Shown piece after piece: positions 1 through 9,491 of a stretch of 64,000 nucleotides of DNA. Made by a program: the position numbers and the translations under genes. Every line of letters starts with the position of its first letter. Position 1 is the stretch's first letter. A model generated the notes under the pieces. It made no database searches. It was not told where the DNA came from and worked only from the letters and a program-made list of their open reading frames with translations. The stretch covers positions 576,001-640,000 of the forward strand of contig CAVSDR010000003.1 in NCBI GenBank assembly GCA_963726745.1, in the 5' to 3' direction. This DNA is from an uncultured Verrucomicrobiae bacterium. GTDB lineage: Bacteria; Verrucomicrobiota; Verrucomicrobiia; Chthoniobacterales; UBA10450.

Positions 1-620
1 GCCTGCCCGCGCACGATCGAAAACAACAGCGCCGCCAGGGCGTTCGCGCTCGCGCGGTTGCGGTTTTCTTTGTTCGCGCCCAGGAGCTGCATTTCGCGGC
101 CGTAGGGGCCAAAGCTCCACGGCTTCATCATCAGGCTAAGGTCGTAGCCTAACGAGCTGAAGTAGCGATTGCTGGTGCGCCGGCGGTCGATGAATTCCTC
201 CAGCGCCCTCCCGGTCAGTTCCGGGCCGGCGGTCGTGCCGCTGAGCACGTCCATCAGGTAGGCGGTGGCGTCGTTATCCGAGACGCGGATCATCTCGCGC
301 AGCGCGCGCTCGATCTCCGGCGAGCGCCGGCCTTCCTGGAAAATGTGCGCCATGATGAAGAGCTTCATCACCGAGGCGGGGTAAAACGGCGCCGCGCCGT
401 GAAAGTCCGCGCGCCGCGGCGCGTCCGGCTGCGAGAGATCGATCACGCTGAGCGCAAGGTTCTCCGCGGTGAGCTGCGGGAATTGCCTGCCGGCGGCTTC
501 CGCCGTCGCCGCCAAAGCGCTGCCTAACGAGTCGTCGACCGGGATTTTTTCGAACTCGCGAAAATCAGCCTGCGCCATCGCGGTCATCGCCAGGAGCAGC
601 AGAAGCGCGCCGGGTTTCAC
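1..620 (-). CDS. Class A beta-lactamase-like serine hydrolase, secreted (runs off the window start)
   Basis: Translated by hand from GTG at 620: MKPGALLLLLAMTAMAQAD (signal peptide), FYPASVMK (SxxK), VSDNDA (SDN). Frame stays open to position 1. Confidence 0.8.
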   Translation of the reverse strand, partial: MKPGALLLLLAMTAMAQADFREFEKIPVDDSLGSALAATAEAAGRQFPQLTAENLALSVIDLSQPDAPRRADFHGAAPFYPASVMKLFIMAHIFQEGRRSPEIERALREMIRVSDNDATAYLMDVLSGTTAGPELTGRALEEFIDRRRTSNRYFSSLGYDLSLMMKPWSFGPYGREMQLLGANKENRNRASANALAALLFSIVRGQ

Positions 621-622
621 GC

Positions 623-1264
623 TCAGGAAAAGCGGTCTTCGGTCCACGGATCGGCGGTATTGCTGTAGCCGCGCACTTCCCAGAAGCCGAGTTTGTCCTC
701 CGCGCTAAACTCGATCGCGCGGATGAATTTGGCCCCTTTCCACGCGTAGAGCTTGGGGATGATCACCCGCGCCGGGCCGCCGTGATCGCGTGGGAGCGGC
801 TGGCCGTCGTACTGCGTCGCGATGAGGACGTCGTCATCCATCATTTCGTCGAGGCGGACGTTGGTGGTGTAACCGTCGTAGCTCGAGAAGAGGACGTGCT
901 TCGCCTCCGGCTTCGGCTGCACCAGTTCTGCGAGGGTGAAGAAAGCGACGCCCCTCCAGCGGACGTCGAACTTGCTCCAGGTAGTGACGCAGTGGAAATC
1001 GCTCACGTCCTCGAACTGCGGGAGCGCGTTGAAGCTTTCCCAGGTGAACGTCTGCGGATTTTCCACCAGCCCGCCGACTTCGAGCCGCCAATCGGCCAGC
1101 GGCACCTCGGGTTTGATCCCGAGATCGAGCACGGGAAAGCCGGGCGTGAGATGCTGGCCGGGCGGGAGGCGATCCTCGGAACGCACCGCCGGCTTCGCCT
1201 TCCCGCTCATCTTGCGGGCGAAGCGTTCCTTGCGCTCGATGAAACTCGGATTGGAACTGCTCAC
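623..1264 (-). CDS. Sulfite oxidase-like molybdopterin oxidoreductase (YuiH/MsrP-like)
   Basis: RLPPGQ, DFHCVTTWS (Mo-ligand Cys), HGGPAR, WKGAK and GFWE-RGY motifs. Confidence 0.9.
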   Translation of the reverse strand: MSSSNPSFIERKERFARKMSGKAKPAVRSEDRLPPGQHLTPGFPVLDLGIKPEVPLADWRLEVGGLVENPQTFTWESFNALPQFEDVSDFHCVTTWSKFDVRWRGVAFFTLAELVQPKPEAKHVLFSSYDGYTTNVRLDEMMDDDVLIATQYDGQPLPRDHGGPARVIIPKLYAWKGAKFIRAIEFSAEDKLGFWEVRGYSNTADPWTEDRFS

Positions 1265-1324
1265 GGCAAAAAGGAGACAGCGTTTTCGCGATTACTCAAG
1301 ATCGCGCCGCGCTGAGAATGCCGG

Positions 1325-2083
1325 CTAAACCCGCGACTCGGAGTTTTGCAGCAGCTTGATCGCGTCGCGCAACTCCGCCGCGCGCTCGTAGAGCTCGTTA
1401 TTGATCGCGACTTCCATCTCGCGCTGCATCACCTCGAGCTTCGAAAGCGGGCGCTTCGCGCGCACTTCCTCGAGCCATTCGTCGAGAAACGCGATTTCGG
1501 AGCTCTTCTGCGCGAGTTCCGGGAAGTTCGACTGGAGGAAGAAATCCTCGATCGCATCGCGGCCGCGCTCGATCTCGCTCAAGGCTTCGCCGAAACGTCC
1601 GTCCGCCAGGAGCACGGAGGCTTTCGCGCGCGTGTTCATCATCAGCACGTACGGGCGAAACTGCTGGAAGCTCCAGGCCACTTCGTCGCGCTCGGTGTGA
1701 TGAGCCACGAAGTCGAAAAGGTCGAGGTTCCGCTGGGTGTCGCGGATCACGCCGGCGAAATCATTGATCTGAAAGAGGCTCAGGTAGCGATGGTAATACT
1801 GGATGCCTTCCTGCTGGAGCTCGTTGCACTGGTCGTTCGAGAGCTCATAGCTGTCGCCGCGCGCTTCGGAGCGGGCCGCACGCCGCTGGTGATACTGCAG
1901 AAGCGAATCACAATTATGCGGACGGCCCCCGTCCGGCCGGCCGGTCATCTCCATCTGGAGCATGCCGAGATCGATCCGCAGCTGCAGTTTCTCGCGGCCA
2001 TCGAGGCCGAGAATCTTGCGCACCTTGATCGAGCCGGCTTCGTGCGGCCAGTCGTTCAACAGCGTGTTCAGGTCGAGGCTCAT
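1325..2083 (-). CDS. UvrB/UvrC (UVR) motif-containing protein
   Basis: C-terminal 'MEVAINNELYERAAELRDAIK' UVR motif; N-terminal GRPDG-RPH segment. Start taken at the ATG at 2083. Confidence 0.75.
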   Translation of the reverse strand: MSLDLNTLLNDWPHEAGSIKVRKILGLDGREKLQLRIDLGMLQMEMTGRPDGGRPHNCDSLLQYHQRRAARSEARGDSYELSNDQCNELQQEGIQYYHRYLSLFQINDFAGVIRDTQRNLDLFDFVAHHTERDEVAWSFQQFRPYVLMMNTRAKASVLLADGRFGEALSEIERGRDAIEDFFLQSNFPELAQKSSEIAFLDEWLEEVRAKRPLSKLEVMQREMEVAINNELYERAAELRDAIKLLQNSESRV

Positions 2084-2277
2084 GGCTATCAATGTTCGAT
2101 TAAGCGCTTCCCTTTTGTCAATCGATCCTCCCCGCGACAAAGGTTTCAAAAGGTTCTTCGAATCGGTTCCGCGGGGAGATGCAACAATGAGACGCGCCTC
2201 GCGGCGGCACTGTTCAAATAAACTCCGCGCGCGGACGGTCGTTGCGGGCGGCGCGCTTTTCAGGGAACCTCGCCCTC

Positions 2278-3168
2278 GTGGACCAGGAGATCGATCGCTT
2301 CATTCGCTATCTCGCGACCGAGCGCGGGCTCTCCGATAACTACCAGCTTTCCACCCGCCGCTCGCTCGAGGAATTCGCCCGCTGGGCCGAAACAGCCGGC
2401 AAGATCACCAGCGTGCGCGAGATCACGCTCGCGGCCGTGGGCGATTATCTGGCGACGCTCAAGGCGCGTGGGCTTGCGGCTTCGTCGATCAAGCTCAACG
2501 TCGTGGCCTTGAAAATCTTTTGCCGCTTCCTGCTCGCGAAAGGCGTGCTCGAGCGCGATCCCGCGAAAACGCTCAGCCTCCCGCGGATCGAGCGCTACCT
2601 GCCGGAGACCTTGAATGAGCTCCAGGTCGAGCAATTGCTCGAAAGCATCAACACCGCGCATCCGCTCGGCCTGCGCGATCGCGCGATCGTGGAACTCCTC
2701 TACGCCAGCGGCCTGCGCATTTCCGAACTGGCGAATGCGCGCCTGGAAAACTACGACAGCGAAGGACGGATCCTGCGCGTCACTGGAAAAGGCAACAAGA
2801 CGCGCCTGGTGCCGGTGGGCGCAAAAGCCTGCGCAGCGCTCGCGGCTTACCTTTCCGCCGAGCGCCCACATCTCGTCGGCAAAAAGAGCGGGAGCGAAAT
2901 CTTTCTCTCGATCCGTGGGACGAAACTGACCACGGCGCGACTTTGGCAAATCGTGAAAGAGCGGGCGGAAGCCTCCGGCCTGGAGGCAAATATTTATCCC
3001 CACCTCCTGCGGCACAGCTTCGCCACCCACCTCCTCGGCAATGGCGCCGATCTTCGCATTATCCAGGAAATGCTCGGGCATGCCGACATCTCGACCACGC
3101 AGGTCTACACCCACGTCGACCAGCAACGGCTCAAAGCGGTGCATCGGAAATTTCATCCGCGCGCCTGA
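2278..3168 (+). CDS. xerD: Site-specific tyrosine recombinase XerD
   Basis: RDRAIVELLYASGLRISEL, GKGNK, HLLRHSFATHLL, LGHADISTTQVYTHV, C-terminal FHPRA. Confidence 0.85.
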   Translation: MDQEIDRFIRYLATERGLSDNYQLSTRRSLEEFARWAETAGKITSVREITLAAVGDYLATLKARGLAASSIKLNVVALKIFCRFLLAKGVLERDPAKTLSLPRIERYLPETLNELQVEQLLESINTAHPLGLRDRAIVELLYASGLRISELANARLENYDSEGRILRVTGKGNKTRLVPVGAKACAALAAYLSAERPHLVGKKSGSEIFLSIRGTKLTTARLWQIVKERAEASGLEANIYPHLLRHSFATHLLGNGADLRIIQEMLGHADISTTQVYTHVDQQRLKAVHRKFHPRA

Positions 3169-3193
3169 GCAGGCCGCGGGATATTGTGCCGCG

Positions 3194-4879
3194 ATGAAAC
3201 GCATTTTCTTGATCGTGCTGCTCGCGCTCGCGGCGGCCCTCGCCGTCTGGCTCGGGATGCGCGGCTCTTCCCGGATCTCCAGCACCACCGTGACCGCGCT
3301 GCTGCCGAAGGAAACCGTGGCCTTCCTCCATCTGCCAGACGTCAACGAAGCCCGCACGAAGTGGCACGAAACCGAGCTCTACAAGCTTTGGCAGGAGCCC
3401 GCGGTGCAGGCATTCCTGCAGAGGCCGCTGGCGCGCAATCGGAACACCGGGCGATTAGCCGGCAAGCTGGAGGAGGTCGCCCCGCTCGGGATGCGCGACG
3501 CCTTCCTGGCCGCGATCGCCTGGGAAGATGCGCAGCCGAAATTAATCGGCGGTTTCCGTTTTAAAGGGAGCCAGGAAGACGCGGAGAAAATCATCGGGCG
3601 CTGGCGCGCGGAAGGAGCAGCGCGCGAGACCGTGACCTACGCGGGACACGCAGTGGAAATCGCGCACGCGGGCGAGGTCCTCCTGGCCACGGCTTACGAT
3701 GGCGACTGGTTCTTCGCGGCGAACGATCTTCCGGCGCTGCAGGCCCTGCTGGACCGCGCGGATGGCCGCGCGAAAGAGGCGGGTGGCGCTTTGACGACCG
3801 AAGAGAACTTTGCCGGCGCTTTCCGGCACATGCCGCGAAGTTACGTCGCCCTCGGCTACGCGCGGCTGGACCAATACCTGCAGAAGTTGCTGGCTAAATC
3901 TCCCGGAATCGCCAACCACCAGCGGCTGGCACAGGTGAAGACCGTGGCCCTCGCGACGGATTTCGACCGCGGCTGGATTCGCGACGTGCTCTTCCTGGCC
4001 ATGCCCAAGGCGCAGGAGCACGGCGACCTCGCCCGCACTTCCCTGGCATTGACGACCGCAAACACCTTCCTCTACAGCGCCGGCTTTCTCCAATTCCCGC
4101 AACCGGCAAGCGATCCCGCGACAAGCGGAACCGCGCCGAAGTGGTCGCAATTCCTCGCAACGCTCTCGGCCAATGGCGTGACCCCCGCGGACTGGAAAGC
4201 GGCTTTCGGCGGCGAGTTTGGGCTCATCGGCGACTGGGCTCCCGGCGCCCGCATGCCGGCGTTGCTCGCGACTTTGCCGGTGCAGGATGCGGCCAAGGCA
4301 AACGAACTCGTGGCCACGCTCACCGCCGGCGGTGGGGAGCGCCCGTGGACCGCGGCGGAGAAAAATGGCGTGCGGTTTTTCTCGCAAGCTCCGGCGAACC
4401 CGATGGTGCCGCTTACGCCCACGGTGGTGCTTGCGGCGAAAAGCCTCATCGCCGGGCTCAACCTCGCGACGGTGGAAGAAGCCGTCGCGCGCAGCGTCGC
4501 GCCTGCCGCCAGCGTCAGCACGAGCGCTCCCTACCAGGCCGCGGTGGCCCGCGTGCCGACGCCGGCAAACGCCTTTCTTTACCTCGACACGGCGCTCTTC
4601 TACACGCGGCTGGATGAAGCGATCCGGCCCATGTTGATCATGGCCGGCGCATTCGTCCCGGCGATTGCCGAAACCGTCGATCTCGGCAAGCTCCCGGCCT
4701 CGGAAGTCATTACCCAGCATCTTGGCCCGGTCGTGCTCTCGCAATCTTACGAGAACGACGGGTATGTAGCGCACTCGATTGGGCCAATTTCGATCTACCA
4801 GGCGGCGGTCGCGCTCGCCGCGGCGATCGGCGCCGGCTCGCAATTTTACCAGCAACTTCAACCCGCCGGGACTCCTTAG
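3194..4879 (+). CDS. Membrane-anchored or exported hypothetical protein (DUF3352-like)
   Basis: Long ORF with an N-terminal hydrophobic helix MKRIFLIVLLALAAALAVWL followed by LLPKET; family call is tentative. Confidence 0.6.
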   Translation: MKRIFLIVLLALAAALAVWLGMRGSSRISSTTVTALLPKETVAFLHLPDVNEARTKWHETELYKLWQEPAVQAFLQRPLARNRNTGRLAGKLEEVAPLGMRDAFLAAIAWEDAQPKLIGGFRFKGSQEDAEKIIGRWRAEGAARETVTYAGHAVEIAHAGEVLLATAYDGDWFFAANDLPALQALLDRADGRAKEAGGALTTEENFAGAFRHMPRSYVALGYARLDQYLQKLLAKSPGIANHQRLAQVKTVALATDFDRGWIRDVLFLAMPKAQEHGDLARTSLALTTANTFLYSAGFLQFPQPASDPATSGTAPKWSQFLATLSANGVTPADWKAAFGGEFGLIGDWAPGARMPALLATLPVQDAAKANELVATLTAGGGERPWTAAEKNGVRFFSQAPANPMVPLTPTVVLAAKSLIAGLNLATVEEAVARSVAPAASVSTSAPYQAAVARVPTPANAFLYLDTALFYTRLDEAIRPMLIMAGAFVPAIAETVDLGKLPASEVITQHLGPVVLSQSYENDGYVAHSIGPISIYQAAVALAAAIGAGSQFYQQLQPAGTP

Positions 4880-4999
4880 AGCGGGACCAATTGGCGCAAC
4901 CGTCAAAGTCCGAAAGCGTTCAGCGAATAGCCTTTATTTGCTTCTCGCCGAGAAATGTGCTGCGAAAAGGCCAGAGTGTGATATCGTTGGCATTACCTT

Positions 5000-5353
5000 A
5001 TGGCCATCTTGAAGAAAAACGCATTCTCCCGCCGAGTTCCTGACCTCGTGACCGAAGAATTGGTCGCGGTTCTTTCCCGCCGTTCCTCTTACGAGTTCAA
5101 GCAACTCTTCGATATCGTCCACGAGAATCTTCGCGCGCGGAATGCGGCCAGTGGTGGGGAAGAAATGCTCCGCCTCCGGGCTTACGAGAAATTGCAGAAC
5201 CTGGTGGCCCGCGGCGCCGTCAAGAAGACGGGAAAAAAGTATAAGGGTCTTCCATCGGCGCTCGCGCAGGCGATCGCTCCGCAGAATGGCCACCTCCCTG
5301 CCCTCGCGGCCCGCGCCGCCGCGGCCAAATCGACCGCGACCGCTGCGAAGTAA
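5000..5353 (+). CDS. Small basic hypothetical protein, possibly a winged-helix DNA-binding protein
   Basis: 117 aa, host-like codon usage, K/R-rich, helical core followed by GAVKKTGKKY. Confidence 0.6.
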   Translation: MAILKKNAFSRRVPDLVTEELVAVLSRRSSYEFKQLFDIVHENLRARNAASGGEEMLRLRAYEKLQNLVARGAVKKTGKKYKGLPSALAQAIAPQNGHLPALAARAAAAKSTATAAK

Positions 5354-5390
5354 AACTTGACCCCCGGCGGACATCCGCCGACTCCAGCGC

Positions 5391-5762
5391 ATGATCCGCG
5401 ATTACCTTCCCGTTCTGCTGCACATCGCGGTGGCGATTGGCTTTGCCGTCTCGGCGCTGGTCATCAGCGTCGTTCTCGGCAAAGCCGGACGCCGCAGCGC
5501 GACGAAAGACACCGCCTACGAGTGCGGCATGGTCCCGCAGGGCGAGGCGCAACCGCGCTTCAGCGTGAAGTTCTATCTCGTGGCGATGCTCTTCATCCTC
5601 TTCGATCTCGAGATCGTCTTCATGTATCCGTGGGCCGTGGTCTACCGCGAGCAGATCCTGCAGGGCAAAGCCATCCTCTGGAGCATGCTCAGCTTTGTCA
5701 GCATCCTCATGGTCGGCTACATCTATGCGCTCAAAAAAGGGGCGCTCGACTGGAAGAAATAG
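5391..5762 (+). CDS. nuoA: NADH-quinone oxidoreductase subunit A
   Basis: YECG loop, FSVKFYLVAMLFILFDLE, C-terminal KKGALDW. Confidence 0.95.
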   Translation: MIRDYLPVLLHIAVAIGFAVSALVISVVLGKAGRRSATKDTAYECGMVPQGEAQPRFSVKFYLVAMLFILFDLEIVFMYPWAVVYREQILQGKAILWSMLSFVSILMVGYIYALKKGALDWKK

Positions 5763-5837
5763 GCGCGCGGCCGCTGGCAAAAGCGTTGGCAGGTTACCGC
5801 TTGCCTGCGCTTCTTTCACCGCCTAAACCTTACGCCC

Positions 5838-6155
5838 ATGGTGCACCATATCGCTCTCTATAAGCTCAAACCCGAGGTCACTCCGGCACGAGTGGAAGAG
5901 ATGATGATGCACACGCGGATGCAGCTCCTGAAGATCCCGGAAGTCCTCAGCATCAAGTGCGGCAAACGGATCAAAAGCGAGATGCCGTGGCCCTTTTTTA
6001 TCGCGATCGACTTCGAGTCGATGGATAAATTCGAGATCTTCCGGGAGGACCCGATCTACGTGAAATTTGTCGAAGACGTGGTGAAGCCGAACGTAGCCGA
6101 AACGATCGCGCTCGATTTCGAGATGGATCCCGGCAAAGACGTGCAGTTTTCCTAG
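5838..6155 (+). CDS. Dabb family (stress-responsive A/B barrel) protein
   Basis: MVHHIALYKLK, IPEV, DFES and ALDFE pattern; 105 aa. Confidence 0.8.
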   Translation: MVHHIALYKLKPEVTPARVEEMMMHTRMQLLKIPEVLSIKCGKRIKSEMPWPFFIAIDFESMDKFEIFREDPIYVKFVEDVVKPNVAETIALDFEMDPGKDVQFS

Positions 6156-6176
6156 GCTCGTCTTCCGGCGCGCCGC

Positions 6177-7394
6177 GTGCATCGTTCAGCTGTGCGCCTC
6201 GGCTACCTCTACTCGCGCTACCCGGTCCTCTCGCAGACTTTTTGCGACGCCGAGATGCTGGAACTCGAGCGGCGCGGCGTCCCGCTCACGGTGGCCTCGA
6301 TGTTCCCGCCGAAGACGCCGGTGCGGCATGAATATCTCGCCCGCCTCCAGGCACCGGTGCACTACGCGCCAGAGAAAGCCGCCCTCGAAAAGCTGGTCAA
6401 GATCGCGAAGCGCAAAGGCCGCTGGCCGGAGCGCTTGATCGCCGAGCACGAGAGCAAATACGGCCCGGCCTACAAAGCCGCCCTGCGCGCGCGCAACGCC
6501 CTCTTCTTCGTCGATCTTTTCGAACGGGAACGCGTCACCCACGTGCATGTGCACTTCGCGAATCGCGCGGCGCACACCGCGCTTTTCGTGAAGGCGATCA
6601 GCGGGCTCCCTTTCAGCGTGACCGCGCATGGACAGGATTTCATGAGCGATCTCGGCAGCGCGGAGTTGCTGCGCGAAATTTGCGCCAACGCAGAGTTCGT
6701 GGCGGCGGAGACCGACTTCAGCCGTGACCTCCTGGCGGCGGCCTGCCCGAAATCAGCCGGCAAGATCTGCCGCGTCTACAATGGCATCGAGCTGCGAAAA
6801 TTTGCCGGCAAGATGAACGCGCCCCGCGGGCCGCTGCGTTTGTTAAGCGTCGGCCGCCTGGTGGCCTTCAAGGGCTTCGAGGTTTTGATCGACGCCTGCG
6901 CACAACTCCACGACCGCGGCCTCGATTTTCGCTGCGAGATCATCGGCGATGGCCCCCTGCGCGCGGAGTTGGAAACGCAGGTCGCCGCGCGGGATTTAGC
7001 CAGCCGGATCACGTTTTCCGGCGAACGCGCGCAGGATTACGTCCTGCAGGCCTTCGCCGCTTGCGACCTGTTTGTGCTCGCCGCCGTGGTCGACGAACTG
7101 GGCGCGAGCGATGTCTTTCCCACGGTCATCGCCGAGGCCATGACCAGCGCCAAGCCGGTTGTCTCGACCACCGTCGCCGGCATTCCCGAGCTCGTGGCCG
7201 ACGGCGAAACCGGGCTGCTGGTCCAGCCGCGCGATCCCACCGCCCTGGCCGCGGCGCTGGCGCGCCTGCTGGCGGACGCCGAGTTGCGTGAGCGCTTCGG
7301 CCGCGCCGGTCGCGCGCGCATCGAGACGCATTTCACGATCGAGAAAACGATCGAGCCGCTCCTGGCACGATTCGCGCAAACGAGTCCTGTTTGA
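6177..7394 (+). CDS. GT4 glycosyltransferase (WcaL-like)
   Basis: YPVLSQTF, HVHFA, SVTAHG, SVGRLVAFKG, EAM..KPVVST..GIPE. Confidence 0.9.
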   Translation: MHRSAVRLGYLYSRYPVLSQTFCDAEMLELERRGVPLTVASMFPPKTPVRHEYLARLQAPVHYAPEKAALEKLVKIAKRKGRWPERLIAEHESKYGPAYKAALRARNALFFVDLFERERVTHVHVHFANRAAHTALFVKAISGLPFSVTAHGQDFMSDLGSAELLREICANAEFVAAETDFSRDLLAAACPKSAGKICRVYNGIELRKFAGKMNAPRGPLRLLSVGRLVAFKGFEVLIDACAQLHDRGLDFRCEIIGDGPLRAELETQVAARDLASRITFSGERAQDYVLQAFAACDLFVLAAVVDELGASDVFPTVIAEAMTSAKPVVSTTVAGIPELVADGETGLLVQPRDPTALAAALARLLADAELRERFGRAGRARIETHFTIEKTIEPLLARFAQTSPV

Positions 7395-7405
7395 AAAGCC
7401 CACCC

Positions 7406-8284
7406 ATGAACAAACGAGCCATTCTCCTCGCCGGCGGCGCCGGCACTCGCCTTTACCCGCTCACGCAGATCGTCTGCAAGCAGCTCCTCCCGGTCTACGA
7501 CAAGCCGATGATCTGTTACCCGCTGGCGACGCTCATGCTCGGCGGGATTCGCGAGGTGCTCATCATCTCGACGCCGAAAGATTTGCCGATGCTGGAAGAT
7601 TACCTGGGCGATGGCGCCCGCTTTGGCATTCGCCTCGAGTACGCCGCGCAACCAAAGCCGGAAGGGATCGCGCAAGCCTTTCTCATTGGCGCCGATTTTC
7701 TCCAGGACCGAGGCGCATCGTTGATTTTAGGCGACAACATCTTCTACGGGAAACTCGACTTTTACCGCGAAGCGCTGCAGGTCGAGCGCGGCGCCTGCGT
7801 CTTCGGCTACCAGGTGCGCGATCCGGAGCGCTACGGCGTGGTGGAGTTCGCCGCTGATGGTCGCGTCCTCAGCCTGGAGGAGAAACCGAAGGTGCCGAAG
7901 AGCCACTTCGCCGTGCCCGGGCTCTACGTCTACGATGACCGGGTGGTCCGTTACGCGCGGGATTTAAAACCCTCACCGCGCGGCGAATTGGAGATCACGG
8001 ATTTGAACCGGCGTTATCTGGACGATGGCGAATTAAGCGTAAAACTTCTGGGCCGCGGCATGGCCTGGCTGGATACCGGCACGCAGACGAGCCTGCTCGA
8101 GGCCGGGAATTACATCGCCACGATCGAGCATCGCCAGGGCCTCAAGATCGCCTGCCTGGAGGAGATTGCGTTCCGCATGGGGTTCATCGATGCGGATGAA
8201 CTCAGCCGCGTGATCGCCTCGGTGCCGAAAGGCGAATACCGGAGTTACCTCGAGATGGTAGCGACGGAAGCGCCGGCGATTTAG
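7406..8284 (+). CDS. rfbA: Glucose-1-phosphate thymidylyltransferase
   Basis: LAGGAGTRLYP, KQLLPVYDKPM, LGDNIF, EEKP, RGELEITD, WLDTGT. Confidence 0.95.
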   Translation: MNKRAILLAGGAGTRLYPLTQIVCKQLLPVYDKPMICYPLATLMLGGIREVLIISTPKDLPMLEDYLGDGARFGIRLEYAAQPKPEGIAQAFLIGADFLQDRGASLILGDNIFYGKLDFYREALQVERGACVFGYQVRDPERYGVVEFAADGRVLSLEEKPKVPKSHFAVPGLYVYDDRVVRYARDLKPSPRGELEITDLNRRYLDDGELSVKLLGRGMAWLDTGTQTSLLEAGNYIATIEHRQGLKIACLEEIAFRMGFIDADELSRVIASVPKGEYRSYLEMVATEAPAI

Positions 8285-8382
8285 CCGACGAGATGCGCTT
8301 CCGCGAGGGACGGAGCGCGTTATGGTAATTATGGGATCGGCATGCCCTTTGCTCCAATGGTCGGCAGATTCCTATCCGCGCC

Positions 8383-8889
8383 ATGAAAGCTCCCACTCCT
8401 TCCTCACTCGCCGGTTCCACCTTGGTCGAGGCCAGCATCGCTGCCTGCACCGCGGCCTTTTTCCTCGGGTCGCTGTTCACCATGAACATGACCGGGCTCC
8501 GCGCCGTGCGCACTGCGCGCGAAGCTTCCAGCGCCAGCCAGGTCCTGCAGCAACGAGTCGAGAGTCTGCGCATCGCCAATTGGCAGCAGATCACCAACGC
8601 CCGCTGGCTGCGCGATAACCTCCTCAGCACTTCCGCCTCCGGGACCGACAACCTCCGCGGCGTCAGCGAAACGCTCACCCTCGTCCCCTACGGCAGCAGC
8701 ACCTTGGGCAACACCCAGATCAGCCGCAGCGCCGGCACCGCGAAAATCGTGAACGAGAATCCCGCCCTCCTCACCGAGAGCGCGGTGAAAGTGATCTGGA
8801 CCGTGGCCTACAACGGCGGCCAGCAAGGCGACTCGACGATCCGGCAGACCGTGGCCATTCTCGGCAAGGGGGGAGTCGCGAAGTGGTGA
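8383..8889 (+). CDS. Prepilin-like protein (PilV-like minor pilin)
   Basis: G|STLVEA prepilin-type cleavage motif followed by a hydrophobic helix; overlaps the next gene. Confidence 0.65.
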   Translation: MKAPTPSSLAGSTLVEASIAACTAAFFLGSLFTMNMTGLRAVRTAREASSASQVLQQRVESLRIANWQQITNARWLRDNLLSTSASGTDNLRGVSETLTLVPYGSSTLGNTQISRSAGTAKIVNENPALLTESAVKVIWTVAYNGGQQGDSTIRQTVAILGKGGVAKW

Positions 8890-9491
8890 AACCGCTGCCT
8901 GTCCCAGGCGGTCCGGCGCGCTCCCGATTGGGCGGCTTCTCGCTCGTGGAGTTGATGATCTCCACCATGATCGTCTCGGCGATCACCGGGGCGCTCCTGC
9001 TCGCGTTCGTCGCGCTCAAGCGCAGCTATGCGGCGACGACTGATTTCGCGCTCAATCACGCGGACCAGATGCGCATCTCGGATTATCTCGCGCAGGATTT
9101 CCGCAGCGCGATCAGCATCAATCCGCCCGTGGCCAACGACGTCACGCTTTACCTGCCCTGCTTCTACGACAGCACCCCCGCGAAATCGCCGCAGACGCCG
9201 CTGCTCAACGGCAACGGTGGCGTCTACTACGGCGCCGCCAATTGCTCGGTCGCAGTGCATTACTTCCTCTCGAACGCCATCATCTACCGGCAGCAAGGGA
9301 CGGCCGCTGCGGTGCCGATCGCGCGCGACGTGCAGGATTTTGTCTTTCAAGCGTCGGACCTCGGAAAGGTGATCAAGACCACGATCACCTTCCGTCCGAC
9401 CTTTCGCTCCGCCATCGGGAGTGAAGACGTGCGCACCGCGACCGCCTTCTACAACACCACCCTGCTGCGAAACAACCGAGGCGTGTATTGA
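8883..9491 (+). CDS. Prepilin-type N-methylation domain protein (PilW-like)
   Basis: G|FSLVELMI canonical type IV pilin N-terminus. Confidence 0.8.
   Translation: MVKPLPVPGGPARSRLGGFSLVELMISTMIVSAITGALLLAFVALKRSYAATTDFALNHADQMRISDYLAQDFRSAISINPPVANDVTLYLPCFYDSTPAKSPQTPLLNGNGGVYYGAANCSVAVHYFLSNAIIYRQQGTAAAVPIARDVQDFVFQASDLGKVIKTTITFRPTFRSAIGSEDVRTATAFYNTTLLRNNRGVY

Noticed and set aside
2278..3168. Integron integrase serving the attC array
   Set aside because: It has typical XerD motifs and the FHPRA end, shows no evident IntI-specific insertion, and lies more than 50 kb from the array.
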